Shown here in pieces: positions 33,482-47,615 of a stretch of DNA of 64,000 nt. The translations under genes and the position numbers were made by a program. The notes beneath the pieces were generated by a model. It was given only the letters and a program-made list of their open reading frames with translations. It searched no databases and had not been told where the DNA came from. Location: NCBI GenBank assembly GCA_000934665.2, contig KZ538383.1, forward strand, positions 1 through 64,000, given 5' to 3'. Positions within the stretch are counted from its first letter, which is position 1, and each line of letters opens with the position of its first letter. The DNA comes from Catajapyx aquilonaris. Lineage: Eukaryota.

Positions 33482-35191
33482 ATGCTGGTGCAGACATCTT
33501 GTAAGATGCAGTGGTAAATCAAAGGGTGGTCTATGATAATTAGGAAGAGACTAACAAGCCGAGAAAAAGTGGATGGGAGGAGAAAGAGAGAGAGACACAG
33601 CAGTTGATGTTTTTTTGCAAGTTTTAACATTTCAGGTTACATCAACTTCAGTTTACTTCATTCATGCACTTAAGTGAGTGGCTAACTTCTAATCAGGTTC
33701 TTTTAATTTACAGCTTGACCTAATTTTTTGTAACAGATTTATTACGTTCTGATATTTTTTACAAGTTTATACGCTGTGCCCATGAAAGTGCATCAGAACT
33801 TTTACGAAGTTGTAATGCTGAAAATGAAATCAAATGTCCACTTCTCACGTGTACAGTTGGAGGTTGTAGTTGGTAAATTGTTAAAATTCTGCCATTGGGG
33901 TGACTCCATGGGGACCTTTTGTCCTCCCCTCTTGACTACAATTTTGTACCTGTTCAGTGGCGAAAAGTGTGAGATGACAGTTGGGTTTAGTTAAAATTTT
34001 GCAAGTCGGGAATTGTGCAAGGACATGGAACAGGAATTGACTGCCCAACTGTGCAATCTTACATCTTTGTAAACCATGAGTTGGGTGAAAATCCTCGTCT
34101 CTCTCTTCTCTTGTAAACACTGGGTGGAGTCTGGACTCTGGAAAGCACTTGATAACACTGATCATATCTGAAAGTGTGGTGACCCAAGCCACATGGCCCA
34201 AGTTGAGCGCATGGTTTTTGCTTGTTGAGAGGAGCTGATTTCCTGATCATGTGGGAACTGAGTTGGCAGCAGTTGGGATAAAAGAAAAATGAAAAGCTTT
34301 TGTTGCCACCTGTGTGCATTTCTTTTTTAAATTTACACTGTGGCGAGTTCTGTTGTAATTGTATATAACCAATATCTTGTTATTGAAAAGTAATACCGTG
34401 AAGAGAGGGTATCTCAGTGATTTTTGTCAAGTTTCCAAAGTTGAGTGTTTTAGTCAGTTTTTTACTGATCATCTAAAACATAGTTCATGTCAAATGCAGT
34501 CTTTTTTTTAAATCATTGCTGAAAAGTGTTTAACATGAAATAGTGCTAACAGCCATTTTACTAGACTCCAACTTGTGCGCAGATTTGACGTGTTGATGGA
34601 ACAATTTTGTATTAAAGTTATATTTTCTCTTTAGTAGATATTTTGAAGTATAAACTGATACTCTGTAGTAGACTTTAATTCATCACATTAATTAATTGTC
34701 AAGTTCATTAACGGAAAAAAATCTCAGTAGCTGGTCATGCTTATTTCTATCTTCTTCCCCAGTTGACAGAAGACTATATTAAAAGAAAAAGGAAAGTTGT
34801 ATTTTATCTTTTCTGTGATAATGGTTAACATTGTGACAACGACAAGTTCGTTTGTTACATTCTGTTATCATGACGTGTGATCATGGTACTGGGAAAACAA
34901 TTGTATAGTAACATGAACACAAGTCTTGACTGGTTGTTCCTTTTGCCACAAGAGTGCATACCATTGCTTTTGTGGAACAAGGGAAGCTGCAATATAGGCC
35001 AAATTTAAGCGAGATTTATGTGCTAATGGAAGTGTGTATTTTCAATTCCCAACATGACATTTTTCCAGGGTGAGACGTAGCTGATGATTAGTTTTGTAAC
35101 CAGATGGTTACTAGTCCTGTAATAACAAAATATGTTTATAGGCACTTGGACATTTTCTTGGGAAGAAAGCCAATCTTGCCAGTGTTCTTTT

Positions 35192-35197
35192 AATAAA
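35192..35197 (+). terminator. Candidate Rac polyadenylation signal (3'UTR about 1.7 kb)
   Basis: AATAAA followed by GT/T-rich sequence, at the end of an apparently repeat-free tract after the stop. Confidence 0.45.
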
Positions 35198-35661
35198 CAC
35201 TATGCATGGCTAATGTTCTTGTGCATCCTGCGTCTCATTCTGTGCTGAGCTCAAAATTGGTTCAGGCACAGGAGGTAAAAAATTATATTTTTTTTGTGAT
35301 CCAAGATGAAATTTTATTAATTCTTATTATGGCTTGACAGAAAGGAAACTCGATTGTTTATCCGCACCTTAGCAACATGGGCTGGTTGGGCTCCAAACAT
35401 GTTGGCTACGCTTCGGCAACCAATGTTTGCCGGGAGAGCACAACAAAGGGTGTCTTCTTACTCCTGCCATGCAAACCGATCAGATGAGTGCTGGGACCAC
35501 GGTCTTAACCCTTTGATGGTGAGGTTTGTTGGGGAGTTTTATTAGTTTCTTGCAAAAATTTGTAGTAGGAGTGAGATTAATGGAAAACAATATGCTCCAA
35601 TATTTATCACTTTAACTTGTGGTGGTCCTTTTGAATGTAAAATGCCAAAAAAATTCATCTA

Positions 35662-35820
35662 CAGGGTGTTCCAGAAAAAAAATTCGAAGTTAAATGAACT
35701 TTAAACTTAATTAAATTAATTTAAATTTTTTAAGTCACTATAAAATTGCTACTATGGTTACATAATACTAAAACACTACTATGAGAAATCCCTAAGAGTC
35801 CAGACTTACTGGACACCCTG
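35662..35820. mobile_element. Small mariner-like MITE
   Basis: TA|CAGGGTGTTCCAG ... CTGGACACCCTG; right TA is lost. Confidence 0.5.
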
Positions 35821-36415
35821 CTCTTATGCCACTAGGAGGGGTTATGTTTAGCTCACGCTGGGAGGTGGAAAAAATTAGCATATGCCATGGAAGTTGAGCC
35901 CCCTTCCGCGGTAGGAGCAGTTTGAGCCTCAAACTGCAACATTTCTGTCTAAACTCGAGCCCGCCCAGTTCAAAAACCCGCAGCTCATCATATGACGATA
36001 GTAGGCCTCAAAGGGTTATGAAGGAGGTGGCAAATTTGAATGCCATGAGGGTTGCTGCAGTCCGTTAACCCTAAGAACGACATGATGTCACACCAGCCAT
36101 ATTTTCTGAGCATGTGCAGTAGTATGCCTGCAGAGTGAGTCGTGGACATGATTGGAGAGGAGAGCCGGGTGGAGGTGGGCAGAACGTGACGTCATGTTTA
36201 ACGGACTGTGTGAAGGTAAACTTTGCACTTGGCAAAGCCACAATAACGTTCGTTGGCCTGAGGCACACAATGAGGACCGCCCGCATTAAAAATATCCTGC
36301 AGGGTGATGAACCGTGCCTGGCAGGGCCACAACAAAGGACAGGACTGTTTCGGTAACAAAAGCCATACAGAAATACCAAGACAAGGGCTATTCCATTCAC
36401 TTAATCACCTCCAAA

Positions 36416-36750
36416 CTTTTTTTCCCCTATTTTTTCATTTTTTTTTTTGTTTTAATTGACCCAGTGATAGGGTGGAGCCTTATTGGGGGGGGGGGGGGGG
36501 GGGGGGGGGGTTAGAACCGAACTNAGGTTCCCGAGGGAGGGCGCTGTAATTATAGTCGTTTTTGACTTTCTGAAATACACCAGACCTTTTCTCCTGGCCC
36601 TGGGCAGAGTAGGGAGTGCAATTCTGGCCTGGCATGTCAGGTGAAAAGCAGAAAAAGACCTGGCCAAGCAGAGGTGACGGGGATGGGATTTGAACCCTGG
36701 CCTCCCGCTTGGCTGCCCAGTGGCGTAACCACCAGACCACCATGCCTCCC
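36416..36750 (-). mobile_element. Full-length SINE family 2 with 13-bp TSD
   Basis: tRNA head (TGGTCTGGTGGTTA, GGTTCAAATCC), A-rich tail, AATCACCTCCAAA at 36403 and 36751. Confidence 0.85.
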
Positions 36751-39389
36751 AATCACCTCCAAATCTGACCATGCAGATCCCGAAAATATCTAATCTAGCA
36801 TCAACCTCACACCACAGCAGCAATTCCCCCTGCCAACACACCATCCAGCCAGCCAACCCTGAGCCCCTGAGCTCCCCCAGAAAAAGAAAAAACTGGGGGG
36901 AAACTCGCAAAAACCCTCTAGAACAGTGCATAATTGCACTGTTCTATGGGTTCTTTTGCGGTTGTGACCCCAAATTTGGGGTCGCGAGGAAGGGTTGTGA
37001 CCTTTAACTGGAAAAAATTTCGCCTGCGGCGGGCCCTGCACCCCCGCCCCCAAGAGAAATTTCTGCATGCACCACTAACAGGTAACAGTGACAAATGTGG
37101 GCCCAAAGACGCATGTGTGCACAGGTCTTTATAACACCCCTCCCCCACCTATACCCTTGTGCCCTCCCCCTGAAAACATTTCTGGATCCGCACCTGGTTG
37201 GCGAAGCACCGTTGCCAACCGTCGGCAGCCCATCCCATCCGCCCAACCACACCCTCCTTGCTAAGGTGTGGATAAACGATAGTATAGCTGACAGAAGACC
37301 ATGCGTCAATGAAATGGCTCATTGAAAAACATATTGAGGATGCGTGCACACATTTTGATTCACATCTCCATCCTTTCTGTTGCAGTTCTGAAGGTGTTGA
37401 CATCGCTAGAAATGGAATTCAGTGGTTCATGGTGTTGATGCATATATGCCATCTCACAGAATTCTTGAATCCCTTTGGTAATCAATTAATGGGTAGTGTA
37501 GCATATCCTGGCAGGTTTACAGCCAAGTTGAAATTGACTGAAGGCACATTCACATTTTGGACATTTGAGACAATATCATGAGTAATCCTATGCAGGGAAT
37601 TGCTTTGCTCCTGGACATGAAATTTCACTCACTTGTGCACCAGAGAATTAAATCTGCCGATATACCTGAGCATGCACTAGCTAGCCATAGAGGAAGTTAA
37701 GTTTCAAATGTGGCATCCTCTTTGCAGTTTACAAATCTAGGATATGCTACACTACATGATAAAAAGCCAATCACGTCAGCAACATGGAAATTGCAATCAC
37801 ATGATGCACGCACGACGTATGAAAGTGATGCACTAGTGATCCGGAATTAACTGGAGAAGTTAATTGTAATCACAGTGTGCAGTTATGAGTATAATGATGG
37901 AGGTGGACTTAAGCAAGAGGTCAAATGAGTTCTGTGTAAAACTGGTTATGTCTTGGGGCCCTATGCAAAATATGCTATTGTACTCAAGAGTGTCCCAAGA
38001 TTATACATCTGATAGTAGGCTACATTATTGCTTTTGGTGCTTTTGGGCAGAGACAACATCAGTTTGGCACCAGCGAGAGAAGATGGAATTGGTTTTTCAG
38101 ACACACAATTATTTTATCACTGGAGAATACCTTTTTTGCAAGCACGTCATTAATGTGAAACTGACACACACACACACATGCATCATGAATGGAGTCAATA
38201 GACTCTTGGACCTGTGACTGTTGTGTGGACCAGGAAAGGAAATCCACAGTAGAGAAGGCTCCATTGTATTGTATGTAGGGTCTCCTACAAGCAGGGTTCA
38301 CAGTAATAGTTATGGATACCCTGTGATAGACATATGGTCTCTTATAGTTTTTTTTTCCAGTTCTGGACTGTATTCAATGACTGCAGTGTTGATAGATCTT
38401 GACAGTGCAGTGTGTCCAAATGCAGGAAAGCTTGGATAAAAATGGCTTCCATTCCATGAGTATTTGTCATGATTGTCACTATATTCCTCTGATTTTCAAG
38501 ATAAAAAGGGGCGAATTTCACCCAGTTTCATTTCGAATGACACACCAAACAAACGACTTGTCTCCCTAGTTATAGATTCACTTTGTTTTAAGTGCACATA
38601 ATTGCACCTTTTGTCGGGGTGGCATCCGGGGTAGCATGATGCTACCCAGTGGCAGATTTCCCATTAGGCACAGTAGGCACTGGCCTAGGGGCGGCCGCGA
38701 GTTGCAATAAATAATATTTCTCAAATACAATAATAGGAAATTAAGGCAAGATCACTAAGAAAATAGAATTTTTGAGAGCTTGATTTACCACTACAGGCAG
38801 AAAAGGTAATTGCCAGGGTGGCCAGCAAATGCTGCCTCCTTTTGGCAAAAAATTTGCAGTTACATGCACTTAAAATGAAGTGAACATATAACATTATGAC
38901 TGGGGAGTCTAGTCGTTCATTTGGTGTGTGATTCAAAGTGAAATTTTGTTAAATCCGTGACGTTTCGTTTTTTAAAATGAGAGGAATGTCATGACAAATG
39001 AGTGTAATGGAAGCCTCAACAACGAAAAAACGACTGGCACATGCATTTAAAAGTCACATTAAAATATTGATACAGGACAGTAAGAAGTACTTAGCCGGAG
39101 GAATTTTATTCGTGGCTTGAAATCCAGATGAGCCTGAACTGGGAAATGCAGTGACCTTTCTTCTGTGACCATTCGAAGCTGACTGAATAGACACAAAAAG
39201 CTGGCTGGCGAACACTCGACTTGAGTAGCCTACCTGTCTGGCATACAACCCATCTTAATTGAACCTACCAAAGGGTTTTTGATTATTATTCAGACATTAC
39301 TTTCTTACATTAGGGCAGATTTGACATGACTAGGCCAACTTGGTTTTTCCATTTTTTCCAAGTGTTCTCAGTTTGGACACTTTGCAGTG

Positions 39390-39535
39390 ACAGAAAACCA
39401 GCAGAACCCCCTAGAAAATCCATCCCAAAAGTCTTTTCACAGCAGAAAATGTTCTGCCCTATACCCGAAGATGGATCACAGGATGCCGAGACCTCAGAGG
39501 TGGAAGGCTGTAGCTCGAACCATTGCACTACCCAC
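39390..39535 (-). mobile_element. Degenerate SINE family 1
   Basis: GACCTCAGAGGTGGAAGGCTG and neighbouring blocks match the 45552 copy. Confidence 0.55.
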
Positions 39536-39766
39536 AATAGTTGACCTCGATTTATACACTGTTTCAGCTTGCCCACACCATGTTTCATTCTGTCCCACCT
39601 GTGGGGACATGAGCGGTTGGATCCCTTCTATCTATACATAATAAAGGGTGTCTAATGATGGCAATACAAACTTGCAAATTCATTTAAACATGAAATGAAG
39701 AAACGTAAATCATATTCAAGTCGAAATTTCTTTATACTTTCTGATGATAGTCACATTCTGCTAGAC

Positions 39767-40137
39767 CAGTGGTTCCCAACCGGGAGGGGGTGCAAGAGGA
39801 TTTCAGGGGGGGCGTGACGCCATGAGAAATAAGTAAAATAATGTAACATGTTTCCACTTGGCGCTGCTGGAAATATGAAGGGACCGACTGCGACGCGACT
39901 GTCTGACTTTTCTACTCGCTTGTATCTGATGTGCTTACAGTATAGGAAGATTCCACTCTACTTTGTCAGCTACATTCATCTAAACTTGTGTGACCTTGAA
40001 CCCCAAAAAATTGGCCTTCCGTTGTTCCCCCTATTTCGATATGGTTTCATTCCTCAGTTACAAAAATATCTTTCAAGAAACTCGTTGAAATTTTTTTTTG
40101 GGGGGGGGCTTCATGATGAAAAGGTTGGGAACCACTG
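39767..40137. mobile_element. hAT (Charlie-like) MITE
   Basis: TIR CAGTGGTTCCCAACC; perfect 8-bp TSD TGCTAGAC. Confidence 0.9.
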
Positions 40138-40146
40138 TGCTAGACC

Positions 40147-40245
40147 AATTGAATTTCCCAATAGAACAAGGGCCCATATCCAGGTTGAAACAAGGTGTAC
40201 AGTACTACAAGTACATGGGCCCTTGTTCTAAAGGGTGATTCAATT
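40147..40245. repeat. Short inverted repeat
   Basis: TAGAACAAGGGCCCAT / ATGGGCCCTTGTTCTA with outer AATTGAAT / ATTCAATT. Confidence 0.7.
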
Positions 40246-40319
40246 CCATTCCCTTACAGCCAGTTGCATAAATGGCTGATCCCAATTGCATGTTATTCAT
40301 ATAGGATTAATTACTTGTT

Positions 40320-40860
40320 CAGGATTTACCATCATTGATGCCACCAAGCCTTAGAGAAATTTGAAATATGAGGATATCATGAGGGACAATACAATAATTG
40401 TCAAACTTAAACACATGCGCTAATAATTATTTAGGACTGATTTGAATATTACATTATTGATATAACTTAGGAATGAAGATGGGAGTAGAGAGATACTAGA
40501 ATGTAATATTATTCCAATCTTGAGCTACAAAAAAAATACTTATGTTTGATTTTAAAAACTCCTCAGCCTGCCCTTTTCTCCCCTATTGATACAGTATACA
40601 GCATATCTACTGTTTCCTGAACTCATAAAAAAATGGCTCTAAAAGTGATAAATTTCCTGTAAATTTCAATATGTATAACAACTGAATACACTAGAGGTCA
40701 CTACGTCAGTTAACTCAGAGCCCCAACTGAAGTTCACATCTCCCAAGATGATGCACCTATATCCCATCCTTGTTGCCATTTCAAGTATTTCAGTAGAGTA
40801 GCTGGGTCAGTAGGAAATCAAAAGGCTGTGCAAGTATATGCAAGCTGCAATAACATTATT
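40320..40860 (-). pseudogene. Decayed non-LTR retrotransposon ORF2 fragments (APE endonuclease and RT-like)
   Basis: Minus-strand translation gives IAACIYL...CIILGDVNFSWGSELTD (GDFN...WGS-like) at ~40860-40700 and VPHDILIFQI...GI (RT-like) at ~40390-40335, with stops. Confidence 0.45.
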
Positions 40861-41792
40861 GGGACAGGTCCTGTTATTTTTCACTTTGGAAGGGGTTTGC
40901 AAATTAGTTTTTAAACCCGCCTTCTGTGTTGTTATTGATGTATAAAGAATGTAACTAAAATCAAATTGAGCTGTTCTGGATGGCTGTGACAGTTGGGATT
41001 ACAGTGGAAAAAGAACTTTCTACAGGTCCTATTTCGAGGCTGTCCATTGATTGGGTCATGCGGTATATGCATGTGTCATTTATTTCATTTCATCATATTA
41101 AATTTCTTATAACCTGCATCAAGAGCTGATACACCTTGCCACCTTGGAAAACCCGAGGGCTAGTGCCTGCTGGATTCATCAGAAATCAGATACAACCCTG
41201 GGACAATTTCTTCCCCACAATGTAAATACCAAAACACCAATTATTCAAAATTGCAAGAAGTTTTTTAAAACTTTACAGAAGGTTGAATAATTGTAAGGAA
41301 CGGAAATGCTCACATAAATTTAAATCCACACTAATTTAATTCATTTTAGAGACGTTTTAAAAACTTCACTGAAGGTTCTTATGTTCAGAACAAAAAAAAA
41401 TCAAACAAAAACCGTCGTGTTTTGGCTCTCCCGAACCGTAGCAGCTATCTTTAGTAGCAGCTGCTAGTTTTTTTTTGTGTGTATAAATATTTGTTGATTC
41501 AATCAATATATCCTGTAAATTGTTGTTGTAACCGTTTCACACGGTTAAGGTAAAGCTTTTGCTGACGGACCATCTGCGGCAACTCCTGAATAAGCGCAGG
41601 AGATATTCATATTGTCCAATTATTTATTTTTACACTAACTTAGCAGTAGGCCTAAGCATATTTTTTATCATACGTTATCTTTAAGATGATGTACAGTAAA
41701 TATTAAAAAATTAAATAGCATGTTAATGAAGTAAGTATAACTATTGCGGGATTTGCTTCGTGAAGGTGCAGAACTATACTTCAGCGGAAGTG

Positions 41793-41793
41793 A

Positions 41794-41856
<63 letters not shown>

Positions 41857-41970
41857 AGGATACCCCGTGATATGCCTTCTGTGTACTCTTAATTACCGGG
41901 ACTTCAGTGACTGCGTTTCTGATGAATATTCATTATGGGAGGAAACATGAGAAACACGGGGATTGAACTC
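41793..41970 (-). mobile_element. SINE-like 3' fragment with (ATC)n tail
   Basis: (GAT)n 41793-41855 abuts GGATACCCCGTGATA, the tail of the 45552 SINE; B-box-like GAGTTCAATCC on - near 41965. Confidence 0.6.
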
Positions 41971-44706
41971 TGTTTATCATAGGTACCGGTGTCTACTGTG
42001 CGAATTAATTGGGACAAAGTATAAGAACTTTGTTTTATTATAGTTTGCCTGAACGCTATGCAATATTTGCGGCTGACGGAATTGAGTGCTTTCAAACTGA
42101 GGATTATGACCTTGACCCTGCAGAACCTATTTGTGGTAGTTTCAGCAGCTACAGCTCATTTCCGAACAAGAGTTTGAGAAGTGTACCCTTTGTGCATAGT
42201 TTTCCAGTGTAGTGTTGCGTAATTGATATTTCGCCGAGAAAGCTTGCTAAAATTTTAGCGCTTAAGAAATATGGTATTTCAATGAGTGTTCTGCAGCCAC
42301 AACAGTAGGCAAATCTAGTGCTTCGAGGTTAATTACAGTCTACAATAAAAGTAGGTCAGTATCAGCAAAACGAAGGTAGAAATCTGGACAAAAAAGTAAA
42401 ACAACACCAAGAACATTACTGATTAACTTATAGTGAAGAAAAGTGGCCATACCAAATACTTCTGTACTAAAAAGCTTGTAAGTAGTTAATACAATAATCA
42501 TGTATGGAAGATATGTAATAAATGCTGAAATTGAACGTTGTCCAAATTACGCGTATTAAATTCACACAGTAGGCGTACTGCAGAATACTGTAGTGATACT
42601 GAACCACTATACGCCATAATGCTTCCTTGGATATGCAATACTGTATTTTATTGGACCAATGCTCGGCTGTGCAATGTCAATAGCCAAAATCATTATGCTC
42701 CTTCTCAGTCCAAATCTAATTAGACAGCCTGAAATGACATCATAATTATGATGGTGATCAATGAGATGCCGGGAATACGTAGCTACAGACTATTATAGTT
42801 CCATTGGAGTAGATTGCAAGACGTATTGTAATCCCATTTCTCCATACGAAGTGCACTGTAAGAGGCATTAAGTTAGCAGCATGATGGTTCAGATCTAGCC
42901 GGGATGTCGCTGTCGCGGCCATCAGCGTTATAGAGGGGTGCCGCGAAAAAAAAACAACAACAACAACAATGAATAAGAGGGCATTTTTGCGGTAACGAAC
43001 AAGGTTCGGACGATTTTTTAAAACTTTCATTGCGATTTTCCATGCTTGTGGAAAACCTTTGGGGATTCTGTTTTTTTCTATAGAGTTCCAGGTACAGAGG
43101 GCTGAATTTTGCCACAAATCCGACACAAATATATCATTCGATAGCGCCAGAGGAGCGGGAACAAACACGGTAACGAACCAAAGTTTTGAGGACACGCATT
43201 TCTGCACCGGGTTACACTGCATAATAACTCTGCGAATTCGAAGTGGTTGTGATGGCAGGATAGAGATTCTTTAGAGAAGAAAAGTGTGAAGAATCCATTG
43301 GTCATCTTTCCGTACCGGTATCTGCTTTTCTTTGCATCGTATAGCGCAACAAAACTCTCGGTAACGAACCAAGAAAAAAAGTAACGAACCAATAAGGCGT
43401 GCGATTTTCCACCGTTCAGAACCTTTTCACGGGTAGTATGTGAGCTGTTTTACCAAGCTTCAGGGCGTACATAATTAAAACGAGACACATCAGGACACTG
43501 ACCAGTCACCAGTCATCAGAGGATTCTCATGTATTGGTCGATTGAGATGGCTGCTGGCGTATGACCTGGTCATCGCTGACTATACTACTGTATACCTCAT
43601 CATGGGACTATGCCGTGATGATTGTGTATACAGGATGTAACCCAGTATATGAAAAGGGTGCTGCCTGCCACACCAGTCTTTGGGGACCAGGCTGACACAG
43701 ACATATCAATGAAGTTATGAACTGACTAGTGACTAGAGGGGAAAACATTTTAATAAATGTTTATTCAAAAATTTATAACAACAAATTACAATTTGGCTGC
43801 TAAGTGCAAACATTATCTCGTGAAAGACAAGGAAGTTCATCAGTACCCCAGATAAATGCAGATTTTTAAATTTACGGCCTATAAAAAGCAGGAGGCTCTC
43901 ATGACTGGGAAGAACCAAAGACTAGCTGCCACCACCTGCCACCTTGACCACTAGAGACAATGAACTTCCGGACCACCCATCTTGCAGTGGCATTGTAAAT
44001 AGAGGCAACTGTTTATAACCTGAGGGATTCGTGAACATTTGTTTTCAGCATCATAAATAAGAACCATTGAAGAGTACGTGCCCTCCTCTGGAGCTGTATC
44101 CCTCCCCTTCCTTCCAACGAAAATCGGCGGTAGCATCAGAGCATATCCGGATAACACATCGCGCCACTTGGATTTGCACCTTTTTACATTGAATTTGAAA
44201 TCAGAGCCCTCTAAAGTCCCCGTAAGCTAATTTTGACGCTAATACTGTACACCTGTCCAATTCTCGCATATCCTGTCTGCCATTTTAAATTTTGAATGTT
44301 TGACATCGAATCTGAAATCAGCGCCATTGAAAACCATTACATCAAAAAATATCTGCATTTTTGGCCGTGGATTTGCTTATTATCTGAGCCGAGATCGGAG
44401 GGAGCGCGCTCGGCGGCAGGTTCGTTACCGTCCAAATAAATACGCTCGTACATGAAGGTATGGTATTGGGCTGAATCCTTGCACACTGCTGTATTGCATG
44501 ACTCTCACGGAGGTTTGCAGGTTTGACGCTCCAAATCATTGGTATAGGGTGCGTACGGGAATTTTATGTAATTTTTGGTAACGAACCGAAGCTTTCGGAT
44601 GACTCTGGTTAGTTACTGAAAGTGACGCACACAGAGATCACCCTCCGACAATTTAAGCACATCCATCGAAAGAGAACATCAAGCTGCATCCAACAGACAT
44701 GCTTAA

Positions 44707-45144
44707 AGGGACACTCCACTCAAAATACAAGTTGGGTTCTAATGATCGGGCAAAAAATCCTGATTCCGAGGGTATAAGCAGTTTTTCTTACAGATAACGG
44801 TAAGGCCAGTGTGAAAGCTGGAAGTGTGTCGTTCGAAAACCGCGCGCGGGGCGGTGGGCGCAGGTGGCGACGCCACCAGAATGGAACCGGGCGGAACTGG
44901 ACCAGGCGCTAAGGCACTCCTGGCGCGGCAGGTGTTCACTGTGCGCGCGCTACACTTCTCCGGTTTGCCGCGGGATGGTGTTGAATCGCCCTTCTTAGCA
45001 GACGACGCTGGACGACGCGACGTGTGTAGATATATGATTTTCCGTGTTACCGTTGGGCGTAGAAAAAAACCGATTGCACATTCGGAATCAGGATTTTTTG
45101 CCCGATTTTTGGGGGCCAACTTGTATTTTGAGTGGAGTGTCCCT
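44707..45144. mobile_element. Non-autonomous Kolobok-like element, same TIR family as 10755
   Basis: TTAA|AGGGACACTCCACTCAAAATACAAGTT ... AACTTGTATTTTGAGTGGAGTGTCCCT|TGAA. Confidence 0.85.
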
Positions 45145-45551
45145 TGAAGCAGTGATCGAATGAATAGCAATTATTACAGAGGCGCCAAAAGCCGCGCGTG
45201 TCCCCAGACACCAAAAGGCCATCTGCGCGCAGAGTTTTGACCAAGTGTATTTTGGCGCGGTGTGCAACTATCGCACTGTACAGTAGCAAGTGTACCGTAT
45301 ATTATCTGCCCCCCCTTCTCCTAACCTGTGCCATAGATAGACTATATACAGTAGACATATCGTTCTTATGGTAGTGTAGCACCAAGATGTCATTGTTCAA
45401 AACTTTGGCATAGAATAGGCTACATTATAAATCGCAATACAGTATAATGTCATGTCAGACTTAGGCCTACATTGTTAGTGTTGAAAGGGTTTATTTAATT
45501 TTTTGTTCTGATAGCAATAGACGCTTTCAGTAGCAGACAATGTAGGATACA

Positions 45552-45820
45552 GTAATAATAATAATGGATACCCCGTGATAGGCCTCCTTGGGCCTCTTAG
45601 GGGATCACCTTTTGAATAACCGTCTTCAATCATTGCCTGCGGTGTGATGGAATTTGATTGCGGAAGGAAACGGGAGAACCCCGGGAAAACCCACGCGAAC
45701 ACGGAGAGAACCCATCGAAACTCTATCCACATAAGTATCCTCCGTCCGACCCGGGGATCAAACTCGGGACCTTAGAGGTGGAAGGCTGCGGCGCTAACTA
45801 CTCCGCCACTGTGTCACCCT
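45552..45820 (-). mobile_element. Full-length SINE family 1 with 12-bp TSD
   Basis: tRNA head with A/B boxes, (ATT)n tail, ATGTAGGATACA at 45540 and 45821. Confidence 0.9.
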
Positions 45821-46567
45821 ATGTAGGATACACTATCGATACTGTACATGCAGTCTGTGGCTAATAATTATTATTGTACATTGAGATCCAGTAAGGCCTA
45901 TACTTTCATACTAATGAGATGTGATGTCATTGCACATAACGCCTGGAATTCTTTCGTGCCATTACCTTTAAAATGATTTGAATCTATGTTCCGCAGCTGC
46001 CCCCTAGGAGATACCTCGTTCGAGGCTGATAGTCCTCTGGCCTTATGGTTGGTTATAAACTATTGAAGTTTTAAGTGTTTGAGTTACCGAGCTTTGGTGA
46101 TGGAAACAGCAGTCCTACAGGAGTACAGGGGAATTATCAGTTGTCTTATCAGAGCTTATTGGCGATCCCATTAGAAATAACTGAATCAAAATGGGTTTCT
46201 TGGTTTCAGAAAAAAAGTAGGATATAATCAATACGTGTTGTAGAGTGGTTTCTCATCTCTTGAGTGCACCACTGTCGCTGAATGACCGAAAAAGTGTCAA
46301 AAATGTAAGCTTTTATTAAGAGAGAATTACTCTCACAGAGCCTGAGGCATTGTTCTTCAGCATGTGCTTATTAAATCAGGCTGTACAGTATTTGCAAGAG
46401 TAAAGGACATTTTTCCTGTTCAACATAATGTATATGTTGTCGAAATGTTTAGAAAATGCGTAGCAGAATGTTGCTGCCGAACGATGCTGCATGTAGCCTA
46501 CTGTACCAATCATAATACTGCAGTAATATCATTATAATGACAAAGTCCCATTGCATTAAATGATATA

Positions 46568-46737
46568 CAGGGTGTTAATCCTAAGCGTGTCACCAGAAAA
46601 GGTGGTGGTAGAGGGGCGCATGTGTGAGCATTTTTTACATAAGGAACTAGGGCCCCTAGTTCCTTATGTAAAAATGCTCACACATGCGCCCCTCTACCAC
46701 CACCTTTTCTGGTGACACGCTTAGGATTAACACCCTG
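46568..46737. mobile_element. Tc1/mariner-type palindromic MITE
   Basis: TA|CAGGGTGTT...AACACCCTG|TA; 170 bp self-complementary except one extra T and a 1-nt centre. Confidence 0.9.
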
Positions 46738-47615
46738 TAGAACTGTATATGAGGTGGTTACTCTCAGTCCTATTTTTGTTACTATTGCACTGTATCGTAT
46801 TATTTTCATTGAAAGTGCATTTTCCTATGCATTCCCTGCACCGGAGCTCGAAGAAAAAATGGACAAATAACACAGAAAATATGGTGGTGTCCCACCCCCG
46901 TAAGAGAGCCATCATGGCTCTATCAGGGGTTTGTCATGTCTTGCGTATTATCATTTTCACGCTATTTTGTGTCAAATGCATGGCATATTACAACTCAATA
47001 ACGTCTTTCTGAGCTTCTTGTCGCCCTCAGTTATCGCTGTGGGTTGTCCGGAGTAGGTGGCTTGCTGATAAGGCGGTGGTTGGGACTCCACCTCTGCCAC
47101 CCCCTTACATCTACCACCATACTCTACCATGGCAACATAATTATTGGTTGTTGCTGATTCGTTGCTTCCATATACAATAACGCCAACATAATACCATGGC
47201 AACAATGGCATACAACAATATCAATGAATGGTGCCATGGTAACAGGCCGTGCGAAGAACTGGCTTCCTGCTAGCTGTGTTTAAAACACAAAGCAGTTGGA
47301 CTCTGGTCATTTATGCTGCTGCAAAATTTCAGCATTTGAATTTAGCCAATAAGAGAGTCATCAACGGCAGTCATCATGAATTTGGCAGTGTTTAATTGGG
47401 GCCAATTGGAGCGTGTTTACAGTCGGCCATCATGGATTTGGGGAGTTTTCAATCAAAAAAGAACCAGTGAGTCATTTTCAGACATGCATACTATAAGTGC
47501 AAGAGATGGCTTAGGGGCAGGACTCCAGAAAATTTATTGGGCTCAACCGACATTAGTCCACGGAGCTAGCTCGAGACCAGCCCACGGACACTACCTCTAT
47601 CTTCTGGGCTTATCA

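Noticed and set aside
46972..47270. Membrane protein with a PPPY tail on the minus strand
   Set aside because: The hydrophobic segment and PPPY are in different frames with stops, and no consistent exon chain was found.
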